This document shows positions 63,520 to 64,000 of a stretch of 64,000 nt of DNA, in pieces (within the stretch, counting starts at the first letter, position 1; every line of letters starts with the position of its first letter). The DNA comes from an uncultured Spirochaetota bacterium (GTDB lineage: Bacteria; Spirochaetota; Brevinematia; Brevinematales; JAOACQ01). Both the position numbers and the translations under genes were made by a program. Under the pieces are notes generated by a model. It searched no databases and was not told where the DNA came from. It saw only the letters and a program-made list of their open reading frames with translations. The stretch lies in contig CAWAOD010000011.1 of the NCBI GenBank assembly GCA_963783575.1, positions 574,661-638,660 of the forward strand. Direction: 5' to 3'.

Positions 63520-63848
63520 GCCTGCTTAACCGCGCCCCGCAGTATTAGCGTCATTTCTGATTAAGCCTTTATTATACTTAAACAGAACTCGATACAAAAA
63601 TCGTTGTTATTTCCATAAAATAATAAATCAATCTATATGTATTTCGCGGCTAAGGACAGCCGCGATCCGAATGCAGCAGGACTGCGAAATGAGGTGGTTT
63701 ATATAGAAATTAAATGTTAAATTAGAGTTGAAATAACAACATCTCGGAAAAACAGATATCTTGACATGAAATGGCGCTAATATGAAGGGGCGGTTCTTTC
63801 TTTCGCTTCCTTTCATTCTGTCCGCAACAGAAAGAAAGGAAGAAAGCC
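63520..63848 (-). repeat. Structured non-coding element, copy B (inverted relative to copy A)
   Basis: Minus strand reads GGCTTTC..hairpin..AAGAAAGAACCGCCCC..ATTAGCGCCATTT..ATGTTGTTATT..CCTCA..TCGCGGCTGTCCTTAGCCGCGAAATAC..AATAACAACGATTTT..AATCAGAAATGACGCTAAT..GCGGGG..AGCAGGC, colinear with copy A. Confidence 0.85.
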
Positions 63849-64000
63849 CTATGCCGTGGCTTTACGGCAACAATCCCCTGAACAGCCGGATAATAGTCTG
63901 AAAAAATGGAAATTTCAGATTATTTGTAATCATAAAAGAATTTTCTTAATTAGGAGTAAAACCAAGTAACCTTGGGAACAAGAGCCTGCCCTGAGCTTGC

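Noticed and set aside
63520..63848. Integron attC site (GCTTAAC at 63524)
   Set aside because: Much longer than typical attC sites, no matching GTTRRRY at the other end, the flanking genes are not cassette-like, and there is no integrase in the window.
50767..63848. tRNA-anchored integrative element
   Set aside because: No integrase, no duplicated tRNA 3' end seen, and core genes argH and upp lie between the tRNAs and the island.

Overview
An AT-rich bacterial chromosomal window, most likely from a spirochaete (inferred from a Treponema-type FliD, an FlcA-like collar protein, a short FlgJ, DUF2225 and ComFB). Bases 1-53.8 kb are mostly core or metabolic genes: mfd 5' end, fliD, System II cytochrome c maturation, 2-oxoacid:ferredoxin oxidoreductase, a multidomain flavodiiron protein, glmS, nagZ, folD, ppx-ppk1, trpB2, a PP2C/STAS module, glycosyltransferases, three tRNAs, argH and upp, plus one IS630 insertion. 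Bases 53.8-63.9 kb form a defence-like island. It holds a type I restriction-modification operon (hsdM - membrane-anchored HerA-type ATPase - hsdS - RAYT HUH transposase - hsdR) whose five genes are joined by 4-nt start/stop overlaps, followed by a RhuM-Fic gene. The island is bracketed by two diverged, inverted copies of a ~330-bp non-coding element with covarying nested stems. Other oddities are a FliD with an apparent Sec signal peptide, an ATP-grasp/FMN-dehydrogenase fusion, a Ppx with a degenerate metal-binding motif and a 17-bp hairpin tandem repeat. At least eight genes and one tRNA carry single-base indels, mostly at short homopolymers, which most likely reflect long-read consensus errors. 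All calls come from reading motifs by eye; no database search was run.
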